Shown here piece by piece: positions 44,487 to 45,387 of a DNA stretch of 45,387 nt. The stretch spans positions 1 through 45,387 of the IMG/VR virus record IMGVR_UViG_3300037045_000105. One strand, given 5' to 3'. The DNA comes from a virus. Its lineage: Duplodnaviria > Caudoviricetes. The notes below the pieces were generated by a model, which did not search any database, was not told where the DNA came from, and saw only the letters and a program-made list of their open reading frames with translations. Each line of letters starts with the position of its first letter. Within the stretch, counting starts at the first letter, position 1. Both the position numbers and the translations under genes were made by a program.

Positions 44487-44828
44487 TCAAAACACCTGTG
44501 GCCCTTCTGCGGATTCCTTCACCTTGCGGCGGAATCGGATTCGCACCCAGTAGCTAGTCACCAGACGCAAAGCTGTCTGGAAAAACGCGGCCACGGTCTC
44601 CTCGACCGTCCACGGTCTGAGGAATCCGTACTGATGGATCGCGGCGTGGTGCTCGACGCATAGAGGTACCGTGTAGGTATCGCTTGGCTTGATCCCGACG
44701 CCGCCGCCTCCAGCAAGCCGACTGAAGTGGTGCGCTACCTCTGCCGGTCGAACGCAACCTGGCGCAACGCAGATGTGCTGACGCACGTGTTTTAGGTACT
44801 TGTCGGAGCGAAACATCAGAGGCGCCAT
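44487..44828 (-). CDS. DUF968-like (HNH-related Zn-binding) protein
   Basis: RSDKYLKHVRQHICV..C....AHH....GGGVGIKPSD..TVPLCVEHHAAIH. Confidence 0.8.
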   Translation of the reverse strand: MAPLMFRSDKYLKHVRQHICVAPGCVRPAEVAHHFSRLAGGGGVGIKPSDTYTVPLCVEHHAAIHQYGFLRPWTVEETVAAFFQTALRLVTSYWVRIRFRRKVKESAEGPQVF

Positions 44829-45031
44829 CCGATCTTGATTCGGTTGTGCTCGCCGCGTTGCATCGCGGCAAGGAACCGCCAGAGCGTCCAGGAACGGTTC
44901 TCGCTGTCGAGTAGCCCGGCGAGGCGAACTAGGCGCTCGTGGTCGCGACGGATCTCGATGGTCGCCCCGATGACGTAGCCGAGCACGAAGGCAGCTACCG
45001 TCAGCACGGCGTTTAGAACTGCAATCAGCAT
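44816..45031 (-). CDS. Small membrane protein
   Basis: Start MLIAVLN; one TM helix; GAGGG SD. Confidence 0.55.
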   Translation of the reverse strand: MLIAVLNAVLTVAAFVLGYVIGATIEIRRDHERLVRLAGLLDSENRSWTLWRFLAAMQRGEHNRIKIGWRL

Positions 45032-45243
45032 GCTGCCCTCACGACCACCATGGGACGAGCAGGAAGAACGAAGGCACCGGAAGGCAGTCGAACGACGCGC
45101 TTGTGCGCGGCGAGCGTATCGAGTGCCGTCTTGACGGCAGCGAGCTGCAGTCCTGATTGCAGGGCGATCCACTGCGCCGTCGAAGCGCCGCGCGTGAGCA
45201 TGTCGAGAACGATCATGTCGGTGACGGTTTGGGCCATGGCCAT
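45025..45243 (-). CDS. Small winged-helix protein
   Basis: IVLDMLTRGASTAQWIALQSGL....VKTALDTL....RVVR...G.F. Confidence 0.55.
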   Translation of the reverse strand: MAMAQTVTDMIVLDMLTRGASTAQWIALQSGLQLAAVKTALDTLAAHKRVVRLPSGAFVLPARPMVVVRAAC

Positions 45244-45387
45244 CACGTTCCGGTCCCTTGCGCGGCCGCGGCTAGAATACGGGTGTGCTCGACAGCCCAC
45301 GCGGGGACGCGCGTCGCTCCGCGCTCCCAGTCCTCGACAGTGGTGCGCGACACACTGAGGCGCGCTGCTAATTCGCACTGTGTGAGC

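Larger units (their letters stand above)
1..45387 (-). mobile_element. Temperate contractile-tailed phage genome (partial, both ends truncated; attP appears intact, i.e. non-integrated configuration)
   Basis: Co-oriented, tightly overlapping terminase, portal, MuF, protease, capsid, sheath, tube, tape measure, baseplate, integrase/xis and replication genes; no host housekeeping genes seen. Confidence 0.95.

Noticed and set aside
1-45387. Numerous long plus-strand and alternative-frame ORFs (e.g. 13705..14874, 23285..24511, 41204..42271)
   Set aside because: Shadow ORFs of GC-rich coding sequence; they overlap motif-supported genes and have Arg/Pro/Ala-biased composition

Overview
The window is most of a temperate, contractile-tailed (myovirus-type, Mu-like head/neck genes) phage genome with high GC. 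Almost every gene is on the minus strand, so it reads right to left. The early/recombination block has a DUF968-like gene, xis, a tyrosine integrase and an apparently intact attP whose core resembles the 5' end of a tRNA-Arg. The DNA metabolism/replication block has a Dam-type MTase, a beta-clamp-like protein, RusA-like and MmcB-like nucleases, an initiator with iteron-like repeats and a DnaC-like loader. Late regulators, a candidate late promoter and tRNA-fMet follow. The structural block comprises terS/terL, portal, a MuF-kinase-ADP-ribosyltransferase fusion with two small divergent genes, Clp-type protease, major capsid, neck, sheath, tube, frameshifting chaperone, tape measure, baseplate, large fibre/adhesin proteins (one with LRRs) and a membrane/lysis gene. 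A Cys-rich lipoprotein of myxobacterial style suggests a Myxococcota host (inference). Top candidates for novelty: (1) a capsid-associated MuF protein with two toxin-type domains, next to two small genes sharing a symmetric 20-bp candidate bidirectional leaderless promoter; (2) an attP carrying the tRNA 5' end/D-arm instead of the usual 3' end; (3) a major capsid protein with an inserted domain that aligns to the phage's own tail-sheath domain. All calls come from motif recognition by eye; no searches were run.
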